Shown piece by piece: positions 13,086 to 26,800 of a stretch of 64,000 bases of DNA. The notes below the pieces were generated by a model, which saw only the letters and a list, made by a program, of their open reading frames with translations, made no database searches and had not been told where the DNA came from. Source of the stretch: Podarcis pityusensis (lineage: Eukaryota); the NCBI GenBank assembly GCA_964106645.2, contig OZ067039.1. The stretch is one strand, 5' to 3'. The position numbers and the translations under genes were made by a program. How positions within the stretch are numbered: the stretch's first letter is position 1; each line of letters opens with the position of its first letter.

Positions 13086-13474
13086 AAGGTAAAGGTAAAG
13101 GACCCCTGGCAGTTAAGTCCAGTCGCAGACAACTCTGGGGTTGCGACGCTCATCTCGCTTTACAGGCCAAGGGAGCTGGAGTTTGTCCGCAGACAGTTTT
13201 TCCGGGTCATGTGGCCAGCATGACTATGCCGCTTCTGGCGCAACGCAACACCAAAACCACAACAGCACACAGAAATGCTGTTTACCTTCCCGCCAGAGCA
13301 GTACCTATTTATCTACTTGCACTTTTTGGCGTGCTTTCAAAGAGCTAGGTTGGCAGGAGCAGGGACCGAGCAACAGGAGCTCACCCATCGCAGGGATTCA
13401 AACCACCAACCTTCTGATTGGCAAGCCCAAGAGGCTCAGTGGTTTAGACCACAGTGCTACCCACGTCCCTCCTT
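13086..13474 (-). mobile_element. Sauria SINE (Squam1)
   Basis: (ACCTTT)n tail on the minus strand and a tRNA-like head. TSD ACTTACTCCTTA at 13074-13085 and 13475-13486. Confidence 0.92.
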
Positions 13475-13771
13475 ACTTACTCCTTAGTAAGTGTATTAAG
13501 AACCTAAATGGGGTATGTCCTGTTAAACCTAATGAAGAAGCACAGGATTAGATGGTTAGTCTTGGGATGTGGAATGAATTTTGGTGGTTTAAAATCCCAA
13601 AACCAACTCACTTGATCTGCACTAATGTGCAGATTGGACTTGACTCCACTTCAGAATCTGTGCTTCTACTAGTCTGCATTAAAAGGTGGCTTGCAGTCTG
13701 AACCTCTTCAACTTATTTATTTTCACAGATACTAGTCAGGGGAGCGGTGTCATACACTGATCTTATTGTGA

Positions 13772-13963
13772 GTGTTGAAAATGTTGCTGCAAATCCCCCA
13801 CCACTCTCAGGGAGATTGTAGGAGGTGGGGGACATGGTTGCCCCCATAAGCCCACAGGGGGGCAGCCATGTTTTTTTCAGTACAGTACAATCTCATTACT
13901 AGGTAATGTACATAAAAAGAAGTTCCGATAATCCCAGGGGAATTGCAGCAATGTTTTCAACAC
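13772..13963. repeat. Degenerate inverted-repeat (MITE-like) element
   Basis: GTGTTGAAAATGTTGCTGCAAATCCCCC (13772-13799) pairs imperfectly with GGGGAATTGCAGCAATGTTTTCAACAC (13937-13963). Confidence 0.55.
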
Positions 13964-14165
13964 AGCATGATAGGACTTGTACATACTAGCTAGCTGTTCC
14001 AGATGGCCAGTATTTGTTTTAGTTATAAAGAATTAAAAAGGAAGAATCAGCCTCCAGAGCACATTTTGAGTACTTAATACATATTTTTTTACAGTTCCTG
14101 GATTAATACTGTTCCACTCACTCCCAGATTAACTACTCTGTTTAAATACTTAATAAATAACAGTA

Positions 14166-14526
14166 AAGGGTAAAGGTAAAGGGACCCCTGTTAAATCCAG
14201 TGGCGAATGACTCTGGGGTTGCAGTGCTCATATCGCTTTACAGGCCGAGGGAGTTGGCGTTTGCCCGCAGACAGCTTCCGGGTCATGTGGCCAGCATGAC
14301 TAAGCCATTTCTGGTGAACCAGAGCAGTGCACGGAAACACTGCTTACCTTCCTGCCAGAGCGGTACCTATTTATCTACTTGCACTTGACATGCTTTCAAA
14401 CTGCTAGGTTGGCAAAAGCAGGGACTGAGCAACGAGAGCTCACCCTGTCATGTGGATTTGAACCACCGACCTTCTGATCGGCAAGCCCTAGGCTCAGTGG
14501 TTTAGACCACAGCACCACCTGCATCC
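14166..14526 (-). mobile_element. Sauria SINE (Squam1)
   Basis: Homologous to 13086-13474. TSD AATAAATAACAGTA at 14152-14165 and 14527-14540. Confidence 0.92.
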
Positions 14527-16060
14527 AATAAATAACAGTACTAAATTACAAATAAATCACATCCAATTGCAATGTCTGTTTCTGTGTAGAACAGACTTTC
14601 CTAAACTGGTTCCCCAAATGTTTTGGAATGCAGTTCCCATCGGTCCTAGCCAAATTGACAATTGTCATAGATTATGGGAGTTTTAGTCCAAAAACTTTTG
14701 GAGACCACCAAATTGGGTTACATGGGTGTAGAACTTTGCTTAAACTCTGCTTGCTGCTGTGAGTTAAAAACAATAACAACAACAAACAAGAGCCTCTTGC
14801 CAATGCGGAATTTATTAAATATTGTAGAAAAGGGCTGTTGGGGGATCTTGCATATGCACCAAAGATTTATAAATAGAGAATGGATATGAGACCCTACAGA
14901 ATGGTCAGTTACTGCTGCTGCATCTTCATAGCAAGTGTTGCAAAGAGGATGATGTTCTCAAAAGATCCAGATTAAGCATCACTTTTCAAGTTTCCTTTGG
15001 CAGAATAAACAGTAATTTATGAACAGCCTTGGTTTCTTGATCACCTGAAGCAATTTGGCAATACAAAGCTTCTCCACTTTCATGCTGGAGGGTTACAAGG
15101 TGTTCCTTTTGCCATGGTTTAGTGTGTTGGTTGACCAAAATGCACAAACATACAACCACAACCCAATCCAAATATTTTAAGTACTGTAACCATTTGCAGT
15201 GACATCTTGGCCAAAGGCTCTCCTTTGGGCTTGAGAAAAACAACTACCAAAATTTAATCTAACCTTGAAATTAACCTTCCCTCTCTTACTTTTCTCTGCA
15301 GCCTTGAGAAGGCCTAATGGGCAAGATGTCACCTTTAATTTTATGTGTGTATCTCAAACATATAGTCTGACCCCATTTTAATTCCTTAGCTTTTCACTGT
15401 GGTTAATGCTTATATTAGAATCTGTTGTTCTGAGTTCCTCCGAAAGGATGGTATGTTATTCAGGTTTTTTATTTGGAGATTAGCTCTTCCTCTCAATTTA
15501 GATGAGCTGAGCTTGATTGCTGTATATATTAATCACATTTTGTTTTGCCCTCAGGGTTTTATTTTTTTAAACTTCTATTTGTTCTGTTCCAAGTAATCTG
15601 ACTCCAATTGTGTCTCTTTGGCGCAGTATCCGTCTATATTCAGCTATTGCAATGAATATTTGATATTTTTGCAACCTGTCCAAATATCAATAGTTTATTG
15701 AATTTCAATAGCATCGCATACATGAGCTATAATTTCAAAGATGTTATTCTCTAAATATTTGAGGGCTGTAGGGGCTTAGTGGAATAGACTGTTGGAATGG
15801 TCTTTAGTGGTACATATTTAATAGAGATACAAGCTGTGTACACACTCCCATTTGTTCTGCATCCAGAACACTCACACAACTGGTTTGGGAAGTGGCGTTC
15901 ACACAGCATTAGCTACCATACATATATGTCCTGTAATTTCTTATTAAATATTGCTGTGATTTGAACTGAGAAACAGAACAGCCCAGCTGCATTTTAAGCC
16001 AGTAATGTGTACACAATCACAATATAGCTACTTATTTGTTATAACGTATCTCAGCAGCTA

Positions 16061-16428
16061 GGGACGTGGGTGGCGCTGTGGGTAAAACCTCAGCGCCTAG
16101 GACTTGCCGTTCGCATGGTCGGCGGTTCGAATCCCCGCGGCGGGGTGAGCTCCCGTTGCTCGGTCCCAGCGCCTGCCAACCTAGCAGTTCGAAAGCACCC
16201 CCGGGTGCAAGTAGATAAATAGGGACCGCTTACTAGCGGGAAGGTAAACGGCATTTCCGTGTGCTGCTCTGGTGCCGGTTCGCCGGAGCAGCTTCGTCAC
16301 GCTGGCCACGTGACCCGGAAGTGTCTGTGGACAGCGCTGGCTCCCGGCCTCTAGAGTGAGATGAGCGCACAACCCTAGAGTCTGTCAAGACTGGCCCGTA
16401 CGGGCAGGGGTACCTTTACCTTTACCTT
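16061..16428 (+). mobile_element. Sauria SINE (young, CpG-rich copy)
   Basis: GGGACGTGGGTGGCGCTGTGG head, GGTTCGAATCCC B box and (ACCTTT)n tail. TSD TATCTCAGCAGCTA(GG) starting at 16047 and at 16429. Confidence 0.95.
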
Positions 16429-18499
16429 TATCTCAGCAGCTAGGTGCTATGTGGTATATATATTCAAGGGGGGGGGGGGAACTGCTCACACGTTTAATAT
16501 TCTAAAAGATAATGCTACAAGAAAAGGAGATGAAGAAATCCGCTGCCTCCAGGGATCCTGGCACCTGAGGTGATTGCCTCACATCACCTCATGGCTGGGC
16601 CAGCCCTGGTTCATAGAATTTAGTGTGTTGCTTTATTAGTTTTATGGATTTTATGGCTGCCTTCCCCCATGTATTTCATTGTGAATAATAAAACACTGTG
16701 GTCAAGGTCAAAACCCGATGGTTGCAAGTCAACATGTAGCAGCGGGTAGATAACGAAATAGCATCATAATTCACTCCAGTTTGAACAGCTGAGAAATGTG
16801 TTCCCTGCTTCCACAACTTATTATTATTTTGCACGCATGTTAGCACTTAAAACTTATCTATTTCATTTTCTTACTTCCTGTAACATCATTGGAGGACAGT
16901 GATTTCAAAGAGAATATTTTAAGATGTTCTAAATGTTTTCAAATGGTTTTTATATTATTTTAAATGTGATTGTTTTAACAAATTGATGTTTGCTGACCTG
17001 GACTTCTTTGAGACAAAGGGTGCGATATAAATTTAATAAATAAAATAAAATAAAAACATGTAGAGCTGGATGTACATTTAAGGTCTCTGGTGCAAATTGT
17101 TGGATCCTATGTTTACTCAGACGGATGAAAATTGAATTAAAGTATGAGCAATGTTTATTTTATCCCAGTTTTGCACAAAATTATATTAATAGTTTGCAGG
17201 TCTTCAGTGTCCCAAATAGATCTGAATGAACACATATCAGGGCAGTTTTATTTTATGCTGGTGCCATCACATCAGCATGGCTTCATTAGTGTCAGACTTG
17301 TTTCTGACACCAGTGGCAGTTGATGGGCCAGGGATGTCTTTGTCATATGCAAATTTGTTCACACCTTGGCTAGAGATTAATTAGGAATGGTTGAGAGACT
17401 CCAAGTGGTGTGAAACTGGTTTAAGAAAGAATACATCCAACAGCCACAACACATAACAAAGTACAGGATACATATGCATTTTGGAAAAATTGTGCAAATA
17501 TGTATTCACAACTCAGCACTACAGCCACAGTGAGTGCACAGTAACAAGGAGTATGAACGCAGTCAAAGTGTTATAAAGGTATGTCCCTGCTTTCATCTGC
17601 GAAGTGTTAGAGGGCATGCAGTGCAGCTTGCATTGTCTATTTCCTTCTGAGCAGCACACCCCAAAAACACACAACTGAAAGGGCAACTGCCAATACACAT
17701 TCCAGGATAACTGTTCAATCTTTAAATTTATTTATTTTATTCAGAGCTGTGAAGGGGTCAGTTCTCAAGATCGACAGTCTGTGGAGATTTCACAGCGAGG
17801 CAGACAGGCTAATGTACCGTAAATAAACACTCCTCTAGAGCCACTGATTTGTAAGATTGAACATTAGCATCTATTAGCAGCTTGCTGAAAATGCTCCAGT
17901 ATTTCCTTCCTTTAAATGTACTAACCTCTATTTAAAATGCTTGGGTCCAGGAAGGTATGATCAACTGCTCTCCTGCACCCAGTTTTTCCTCTCTTTTACA
18001 TTTCATGCTCCAGTTTTTCCAAATTCAGCTGTGGTAGGAGAAGAACCATTTTCTTTGTCTGGTGGAGGGAGCCTGATGATAATTGTCTTTTCCCAAGCAA
18101 TATAAGGTAACTAATCAGAATAATGATCCCAGCAGCTGTGACTTCTAATGAAGTTTGAGCCTGTCACACTCAAGGTAATCATTGTCTTTTTCTTAAAAAC
18201 GAAAACAAAACAACCCACCCTACTTCATTAACATGATCAGTACATAATGGACCCACAATCATTTTTTTACTGTGTTAGATATAGGAATGTGAATTCATGT
18301 TTACAGGTTGCTAAGTAAAACCCTTTTACTTGCAAATTACCCCAGTTATCATTCTTACATCAGCCACCATCCAGCATTAATGTTTTGCACTACCAGATAC
18401 TTTGGCAATCAGTGAGTTGCTATATTCTTTATACTGTGGAAGTTATATTGAAATGATTTTTAAAAATAGAGTCAACAACACCCCACATAGCAATACAAG

Positions 18500-18790
18500 T
18501 CAAAGTGCTAAATCAACACCCTCAGCCAAAGCCCTAACAGCTCAAATCAACCAGAGAAGAAGGTAAGCAACAATTTTCATGTCATTTTCTGCTGTGCTAG
18601 GCATGAGCTGACGCAACTGAGGGGCCAAAATAGGACCCCTTTCTGGTGAACAGATCAGCGTAGTGACCAATGGGTTCATGGATGGCCCTGCTCCATTCCT
18701 GTAATATTCTATTCCGAAGCTCATATGCTGGCCGTGGTGTTCAATCCACCATGCAAACCTTGGTTGCAACAGGAGTCTCCAAGGCAGCAA
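18500..18790 (-). mobile_element. Highly decayed L2 3' remnant
   Basis: Weak resemblance to the 3' region of the L2 copies in this window. Confidence 0.4.
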
Positions 18791-19142
18791 AACAACACCT
18801 CTCACCCCACCAGTAGAGGCTGATGGAGGCCAGCAGACAGCTGCATCTGCTACATCCTAACATCCAGCAGTAGCAAGTTACCAGTGGGGTGTTAATAAGA
18901 TTGCAGCCTTAGTTGGATGGGACTTGTGTGCAAGGAAATGTGCATACAGTTCTACCCAAGATCAGAACATAAGAATCAAATAAGGAGACAATAGCAAATT
19001 TCTGTTCTTCTCCATTCTTGCATTGTGGCAAGAGCCCTTTAAGCAGGATATGGATTTGTTTAACACATCTTTAACCATGCTTTTCAGCTGAAAAGTACTC
19101 TAGAACTGTTTGTATTGATCAATAACAAACAAGATTGTAAGC

Positions 19143-19193
19143 AAAATTTTAAAAAAATTAAAAAATTGTCCAGTAGCACCTTAGGGACCAACT
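19143..19193. mobile_element. Minimal Penelope-like terminal insertion
   Basis: TGTCCAGTAGCACCTTAGGGACCAACTAAG terminus with an A/T-rich extension, flanked by the direct repeat AAGATTGTAAGC (19131-19142 and 19194-19205). Confidence 0.65.
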
Positions 19194-20307
19194 AAGATTG
19201 TAAGCCTGACTAAAAAGCATGACACTAAAGGTAAAGGGGATAAGGAGGGAAGAGAAAAAAATAGGTATCAGTCCTTAAAGTTATATAGTACCAGCTTGAG
19301 TGAAATCAGTTCAGGGAGAGTCTATCTCTGTTGTAGCCTGGGAAGATAGATGAGGCTAGAGGACATTTCAGCAACAGAGGAGCATGATGCATCTGGTCTC
19401 TTAGCAAAGTAAGCAGAGATGCTTGTTTTTCTTGATAGCCAAAGATCAGCAAAATGAAAAGCTCCAGTGAGGGAACAATTACTTTTGACTGAGGAACAAT
19501 TTCTGTCAAGCAGTTGCACGTTGCTTACCACATCAGAATATTGCTTCCAGGATGGTTTTTGTGATGGAGATGTTAAAGGAAAACTAATATAAATCATGCA
19601 ACCAACTCTAGCTTCTTTCAAAAGAGGATATGAAAATCAACTGTGTCCCACTTTCATTTTTTACTTTCCTGGTTCAGAGACTCCCAGTTTCCAAAGCAGT
19701 GGGCTTGTCCACACTTGAATATTATTTACCTGTTGATCCAATTCAAATTAGACTGGAGAATCCACACCTATTTGAATTTGTATATGAGAAGCAACTTTGG
19801 TCTTTCCTGTTCATGCCAGGCCCCTTTGTGCTGACCTTCAGCTTTGTAGATTCTGTTATGGCGATTAAGTACTACCAGGGTATGTGCGCAGATCGCTGCC
19901 CACACATCTTGTTTGTTTGTTTGTTTGTTTGTTTGTTTGTTTGTTTAAAATGGGGAGGCAGAAGGATGCAGTCAGGTAATTTAGGCTGTTCAGGAGTGTG
20001 CCCAAAATAGTTATGAGCATGGCTCGAAAAGAAATGGGAAAAAAACAAACCCAAGGAAGTAGTGGGCATGAAAAGGACAGAGCAGAAAGTCACTCAAAAG
20101 CTCTGAAACAAACAATCTGTGCCCCTGAGTGGAGTGGTTTAGAGCCCCATTTCTCTCAAGTTTTTGGATTATCCCCACATAGCGTAAGACCAAATTTACA
20201 AGGGGGAAACATCAAGACTGATTTTATTTGGAGGTAACATCATGTGGCCTACACAAATTAAATGGGAACGCAAGTAGTTGCAAACACCCAGTGGACAAGC
20301 CCTAAAC

Positions 20308-20560
20308 CATGGGTAGGCAAACTAAGGCCTGGGGACCGGATCAGGCCCAATAGCCTTCTAAATCCAGCCCGCAAACCCGCAGGGAATCAGCGTGCTTTTA
20401 CATGAGTAGAATGTGTGCTTTTATTTAAAATGCATCTCTGGATTATTTGTGGGGCATAGGAATTTGTTCACCCCCCCAAAAAATATATATATAGTCCGGC
20501 CCCCCACAAGGTCTGAGGACAGTGGACCGGCCCCCTGCTGAAAAAGTTTGCTGACCCCTG
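20308..20560. mobile_element. hAT-type MITE
   Basis: Imperfect TIRs CATGGGTAGGCAAAC / GTTTGCTGACCCCTG. 8-bp TSD CCCTAAAC at 20300-20307 and 20561-20568. Confidence 0.88.
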
Positions 20561-22034
20561 CCCTAAACCTTTCCCTAGTACAGGCCGCCTCAGCTCCTAC
20601 TCCAGGTTCAATGTGAGATTTGCCATACCTCTCTTTCACCACTGCTCTGAGTTTCTTTGATTCTCTTTCTCCCTTTCTCTGTCTCCTTAATGTCTCCTGA
20701 CCCCTTCACTCACTGGCTCCCCTTTCACTTATGTTGGGTTTGGGCAGATTTGGCTAAACAGGGACTGAGTGGCAGGTTAGATAAATATGCCAATACAGAG
20801 TGTGTGTGTGTTGAACTAATTATTTAGTTATTTGTTTAGTGAGTCATATTTTGAAAAACTGTTTTACCACTTAGCTTTTCCTTAAGTCCGCCCCCTGCCT
20901 TAGGGATAAGGGAGGTAAGAAATCAAAATAAACAAATATGTTTATGACAGCCATTTCTTAAACTGTTTACTAAACACCACTTCAATATAAAGCATGCCTT
21001 AGTAAAGAATCTGCAATCTGTGACAATTAATTTTTTTTAATTAAAAAAATCCAATCTTATGCTTGCTTTGATGTGAACAAAATATTTAATAACAAAATCT
21101 GTTCTGCTCAGCATAAAATATCAACATGACTCATCAGCAACAGATTGGGTTTCCTATGTGCATTTTTACAAACACCTCCAGTGTATATTTATGCAACTGA
21201 TTTATAATTAGTTGAAATGTTGAGGGTTTCCTCCATTGGTTTAAGGAAAGAAAATGCAGGAAGATACCAGTTGCAGAGGGAAGGGCAATAAAGAAATCTC
21301 CACATATAAAGGGGGGAAACAAACCTTTCCCCCCAACCCATTGTGTTTCGAACTAAGTTCTTTCTCCAGGCACTCTTACAGTTTCAATCTTGCTTGCAAA
21401 ATCTTGCAAAATTTCATAAAAATAGCTGCAGTGGTTTTCCTGCAAGCACAGCTTGTACAGTTTTGAAGTGGTTTGGAAAAAAAGGACTAAATCTCTTACA
21501 TTGTTTTGTGGACACCTTTTATGGGAAAACATGAGAGGTGCCCTTAGATAAGAAACCCATCAAACTATAGTCAAATATATCCAGGAGGGTTTGTGTTGGG
21601 CGCCTTTATAGTTGGTTGGGGTAGGTGGGAATAAAATGAATTTGTTTTGTAGATAACTATAATGGAGGGAAGGTGATTTTACTGACCTAGTCCTGCTTAG
21701 TTTCCTGGTCCTAGTTGAACTCTCACATGGCTGCTTTCCATCATTCCTGACACACTGTCAATGGGGCTGTCATGCTTTGATGGGAGGTTCTCTCATACCC
21801 AATACTTTTGCAAGCTACCTTTAAATATATACCTCTAGCCTGTTCTCTCAATTTCTGTTTTACCTACTTATTGGATGGACTAGATACCACAGGTGCATGA
21901 CTCACTTCCTGTGGATGACAGAAGACTGCAAGCAGACAATGTGCTCTAAATGCCCACATGACTGAAATTTAAAGTATTCAGCACCAAGGATTTTAATTTA
22001 AGAGATCTTGCCCAAGAAGATTATTAAGCAATTG

Positions 22035-22303
22035 CCATATTTTTCGCTCTATAAGATGCACCAGACCACAAGGCGCACCTAATTTTTGGAGGAGGAAAAC
22101 AAGAAAAAAAATATTCTGAATCTCAGAAGCCCAAACAGCAAGAGGGATCGCTGCGCAGTGAAAGCAGCAATCCCTCTTGCTGTTCTGGCTTCTGGGATAG
22201 CTGCGCAGCCTGCATTCACTCCATAAGATGCGCACACATTTCCCCTTACTTTTTAGGAGGGAAAAAGTGAGTCTTATAGAGTCTTATAGAGCAAAAAATA
22301 CGG
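22035..22303. mobile_element. Tc1/mariner (pogo/Tc2-like) MITE
   Basis: TIRs CCATATTTTTCGCTCTATAAGA / TCTTATAGAGCAAAAAATACGG followed by TA. Internal 10-bp duplication GTCTTATAGA. Confidence 0.85.
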
Positions 22304-22561
22304 TAATACAAAACAGCATTTTTGCTAGGTCTTAAATGTAAAAAAAAAAAAAGAAAATTGTATTGTAATTTATCAAGCAGAATAATATTTAATGTCTTGT
22401 TTCTTTCAAGAACACTGAAGCAGTCTTCTCACAAAATGTGAAATTACTGTATGACTGAAATCCACTGGTTTGAATTTGTATTAGCCTTCAGTATATTTTC
22501 TGTGCTCATAAAATAGGTAAAATAACTGCATTGCATACATTCTAAAAGTAATAGTTTTTGA

Positions 22562-23337
22562 CAGGGCCGGCCCACCCATTTGCTTCACTGAGGCAGTCAC
22601 CTCAGGTAGCAAGCTGGGGACAGCTCAGGGAGCAGCCGATCAGGAAAGAGGGGCGTCCTCCCCCACCTTTGCCCCTCCTCCTTTGGCTGTGAATGCAGTG
22701 CTGCAAGGAGGGCAAAGCCAGCAATGGGCAGATGCACCTAGACAGTGGAAGGAGATGGAGGAGCTGCTGGAGCAGTGTACAGGCTCAGCAAGGAAGTGTG
22801 AAAAAGAATGGGGTGAGTGAGCAAGCGAGCAGGTGGGTGACAGAAAGCAGCTGCCTCAGTTGCTGACCATGTGCACCATGGGCAGGAGGGAGGGCTTGGC
22901 CTGGTGAGGTGCAAGGGAGCAGACTTGAAAGGTGTAGGTTGTGGGCAGGTGAATTTGTGGCAGGTGAAGGTTGAGTGTGTGTGTTTGTGTAACTCCACCC
23001 TTGGAGACTCCAGCATGAGGGCAGCCCCCGCGAGCATCTTGGGCACTGATATCGACTCTAAAGTAGAGAGTCCTTCCTCTTCCTCTCCCCCTCCCCATCC
23101 TAGCAGCAGCATCTACTTCCCCTTCCATTAGCTTGATGGCAAATTCAGCTTCCTAGGAATATGGGTTGATATTCTGGGTAGAAAGCTGAAAGGCTCTATT
23201 TCTATGAATAACAGGTACCGTCTTTTCTCTTCTTCCCTTTACTTTCCCTTCCAAAGGAAAGGAAAGTGGGACATGTGGGGAGGAAGGTGACCTTTTCTGA
23301 TTTGTCTCAGGTAGCAAAATGTATTGGGCCGGCCCTG
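22562..23337. mobile_element. Non-autonomous DNA transposon (hAT-like TIRs)
   Basis: TIRs CAGGGCCGGCCC / GGGCCGGCCCTG around a GC-richer interior. No TSD preserved. A related shorter copy lies at about 25006-25205. Confidence 0.65.
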
Positions 23338-23702
23338 GCATCTTACGTAGTGTCCAACACACCATTTTATCTGATTTTATGGGTTCAAGTTTAGTTATTG
23401 ATGCCTAAGAATGCGGACAAGATGCCTTCGGTTGTATTTTTAGGTTTTTACTGGTCGTTTGATTTATTGTTTTTGTAAGTCAGTTTCAGCCTCTTGTGAA
23501 GAATGTGACTGGTTAATAAATAGCAACAACTTATCACCTCTGCCAGTACAGAAGAAGCTGAACTTGTTTCAGCTCACTGTTTCACCCCAAAGGTCAGTCC
23601 TGATGGACAAGCTGGAATACAGCAGCAGGGGGCACTGTAGTAAGACAAGGGAATCACCAGAATTGTGGGAGGCTCCTTACACAAGCAGAAATGCCTTTAG
23701 AG

Positions 23703-23839
23703 CAGGCATAGGCAAACTCAGCCCTCCAGATGTTTTGGGACTACAACTCCCATCATCCCTAGCTAACAGAACCAGTGGTCAGGGATGATGGGAGTTGTAG
23801 TCCCAAAAACATATGGAGGGCCGAGTTTGCCTATGCCTG
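23703..23839. mobile_element. Palindromic hAT MITE
   Basis: Almost fully self-complementary (CAGGCATAGGCAAACTC...GAGTTTGCCTATGCCTG). 8-bp TSD CTTTAGAG at 23695-23702 and 23840-23847. Older relatives at about 14595-14720, 26985-27115, 27210-27335, 29830-29962 and 43545-43675. Confidence 0.92.
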
Positions 23840-26800
23840 CTTTAGAGCCAGTACTGATTGCACAGTGCATGAAATGCCTCAAACGAATATTCATATTCTC
23901 CAGCATCCTTTGGGATCTGTGCAGTCTGACTTCAGTTCTTGGTGTTCATATACAGATTTCCCTGCCAAACCGCATCAACCACAGCAGCACAAATTCTATA
24001 AACAAATATGTAGAATCTGCAGCACACTGCTGCATTTCATACATCCATTAAAATGTTGTAGTCCCCGTCATTACTACAATATTAATTTAAAATTTTATCA
24101 TCCTTGATGGCGTTTAATTTCTTTACTCTATCAGTGTTTTCCAGACACGTGAAGTGTCACATTGAGGCAAGATTTACATATTCATGACATGATTTGTATT
24201 CAGGATTCTTTGTTAAATGTTTATAAAAGATATTTTCCTCTTACCAATATGTAATTAACCCATACGAGTAGCCAAGAAACCTGAAAATCTGAATTCTGAT
24301 GTGTGTTTTTTTTCCCCTATTTTGAAGATGGCAGTTTGTTAGGCAAATTTCAAAAATACAAAATGACCTAAAATGTTATAAAATATCATGGTAAGAAACT
24401 TCCATTCAAATGCACATTGGAAGGTTCCAAACAAAGTATACAGAAGTGAAATTGTAAGCTTTATTTATTGTTTTGTCTTCGGCTTCTTATACGAAAAAAT
24501 ATATATTTAAGCTGAATGACTAGTTATTTTGGATTAATGTCCCAGATATGTCCAGTTCAAAGCCATATATCCCATTAACTGGGTTGTCAGGTCACAGCAT
24601 GCAGAATCAAGACTCTGGACCTCAGTTTATGAAGCTAGAGGTGAGCATTGGGTCTGCCCCAACTACTCTTGAGCACCAGCTTTGGAAATATGATCCTAGT
24701 ATCTTTAATCCACGGTTCCTTGTTACATCCCGAATTGGGAACTGTGATTTAATGTGGACTTACTAACCAGGAACTTAAACAACAGAGCAGCACTACATTC
24801 ACTTGGAACACTGGTTTGTGGGCAAGACTTCAGATGTCAAGCATGGTGAAAGGGGCTGTGCATTTCGTCTAGCCCCCCAAACTGCATGACTCCTGCCTCA
24901 GCTGACATTGGGCATTACATCTTTATCGTGGAGACTACTGTTATGTAGAGGGGGTCCCAATGCTATTTAGAATTCTGGACAATTCCAATATTATGTAGGA
25001 AGACTCAGGGCCGGTCCACCCATGGGGCAAGTTGAGGCAACTGCCTCAGGTGGCAGGATTCACCGGGGCAGCAGGCCCTGGTGACAATATTGCTTCCTCT
25101 GCTTGTTCCTAATGTAGATCTTGCCACACCTTATCTTCCCTTGTGTGGAATGGGGGCATCATTTTGGGATCCACCTCAGCAGCCAAAATGTTTTGAGCCA
25201 GCCACACACACACCAGTTGTTATCCACAAGACAGCAACAGCTATGGAAGGGAGTAGATGTGCATCTTTGGGGCAGGGTTAAACACATAGATTCACCATAA
25301 TTGCCTCCTCATGCAAGTAATACCTGTGAGTCTTGCCCACCTACCAGTGTTCAAAGCAAATGCTGATGCATCATTGTTCTGAGGGCATCGCTGTTCTGTG
25401 AGGCTAATGAAATCTTAAAGCTGCAACAAAGCTGTTATATATTTAAACGTTTGTGTTTTTTTAAAAAAATCCTCATCCACCTTATATGTAAAGGTAATAT
25501 CAATCCTGAAAAGGCTTAACATTCTTCCAGCTCCTAAGGGTTGCTAAATATCCTACTGCTTCCTTTGGGGGGGGGGGACAAATGGTTCTGTAAAAGTCAA
25601 GAGGAGGGCTATTCAGCCCAGCTCAATCACATTCACCGGCAATGTTATGGGATGTGTTCTGTGGCAATTCTTCTGACCTGAAACACAGAACATTGCCTGT
25701 GTGCTTTTCCTTGTATATTCACAAGTAAAAGGAGGGACTTCATTTCTTAAAATGAAATCTGCATAGTCAAAAGGGACCCTTTTGAACATCATGACCCAAG
25801 AGCATTGTGGGACGAGTGGGGATACCTGCCACCTGAACTTGGAAGTTTTCTGTTGAGTCAAATCATGTCGTATAAATGTATAGAAAATTACATTTCACAC
25901 ACACTTTTGTAGGTAAGTACTTTGAGATGAGCTGTGGTTTTTTTATTATCATCAACACCACCATCAGAACTGTCATTTACTTTGATGCAAAAATTCAGTG
26001 TGGGCCATTTTAATACACACATTACTTTCCTCAAAACAAACATGAAAAATCTGAGCAAGAGATTATGTTTGAATAAACATTGCTCCTCAAGAATAGCCAG
26101 CTGTTGAAGGGATTTTTTTTTTGTTCTTGGCTCAATGGTAATTTGGTGAAATTAAGGTAAACGAATTCATTTTGAGTAAAAACGGATGGATTCAGCGTTT
26201 CTATTGGCTGAGCTGTTGCTATAGTAACAAATTCTTAGCAGCTGAAATCTATTAGTACTGGTCTTTTTCTCTCAATCTCAGGTTAAGTAGAGAATTTGTT
26301 GACATGAAATAACTTCCAAACACTTTGGTACTAATGGGAACTATTTATCTGCCCTCTACTAATTAGCTGTTGACTGTGGCTGAAATATATTAAATAACTG
26401 GGGGAGAAAGAAAGCTCATTTTCTCTCATGAAGAAACAGAGTGCCAGTAGAATCGTGTAGTTAATAGATATTCTGAAACTGTAATCCCAAATACACATAC
26501 TATGAAGTAAGCTTTATCCACCAAAGTGGGACTTTTTTCTGAGTAACTATGCACAGGGTTGTGCTGAATCCTGGATTTTGAAAACGTGAGATAGAAGTCA
26601 AGATGGACCCCCAGGCATCTGTTGCCTTGTTGTTTATACAATATCATGCAGTTGAGGATCAGATCACATCTTGCTTTGTATCACTGCAGGTACTGCTTGA
26701 ACATGTGCAACTGCTGGCATAGACCTTTCTGTTTTTTAATGGGAAACAGCTAACCTGGGACAGATCAGCTGTCAGCACTGTATGTTTAACAAGTAACACT

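Noticed and set aside
16061-16140. tRNA gene
   Set aside because: The A/B boxes belong to the Sauria SINE head, which has a tail and a TSD.
17745-17818. Candidate exon after TTTATTTTATTCAG
   Set aside because: Weak donor (CC|GTAAAT) and an unrecognised peptide.
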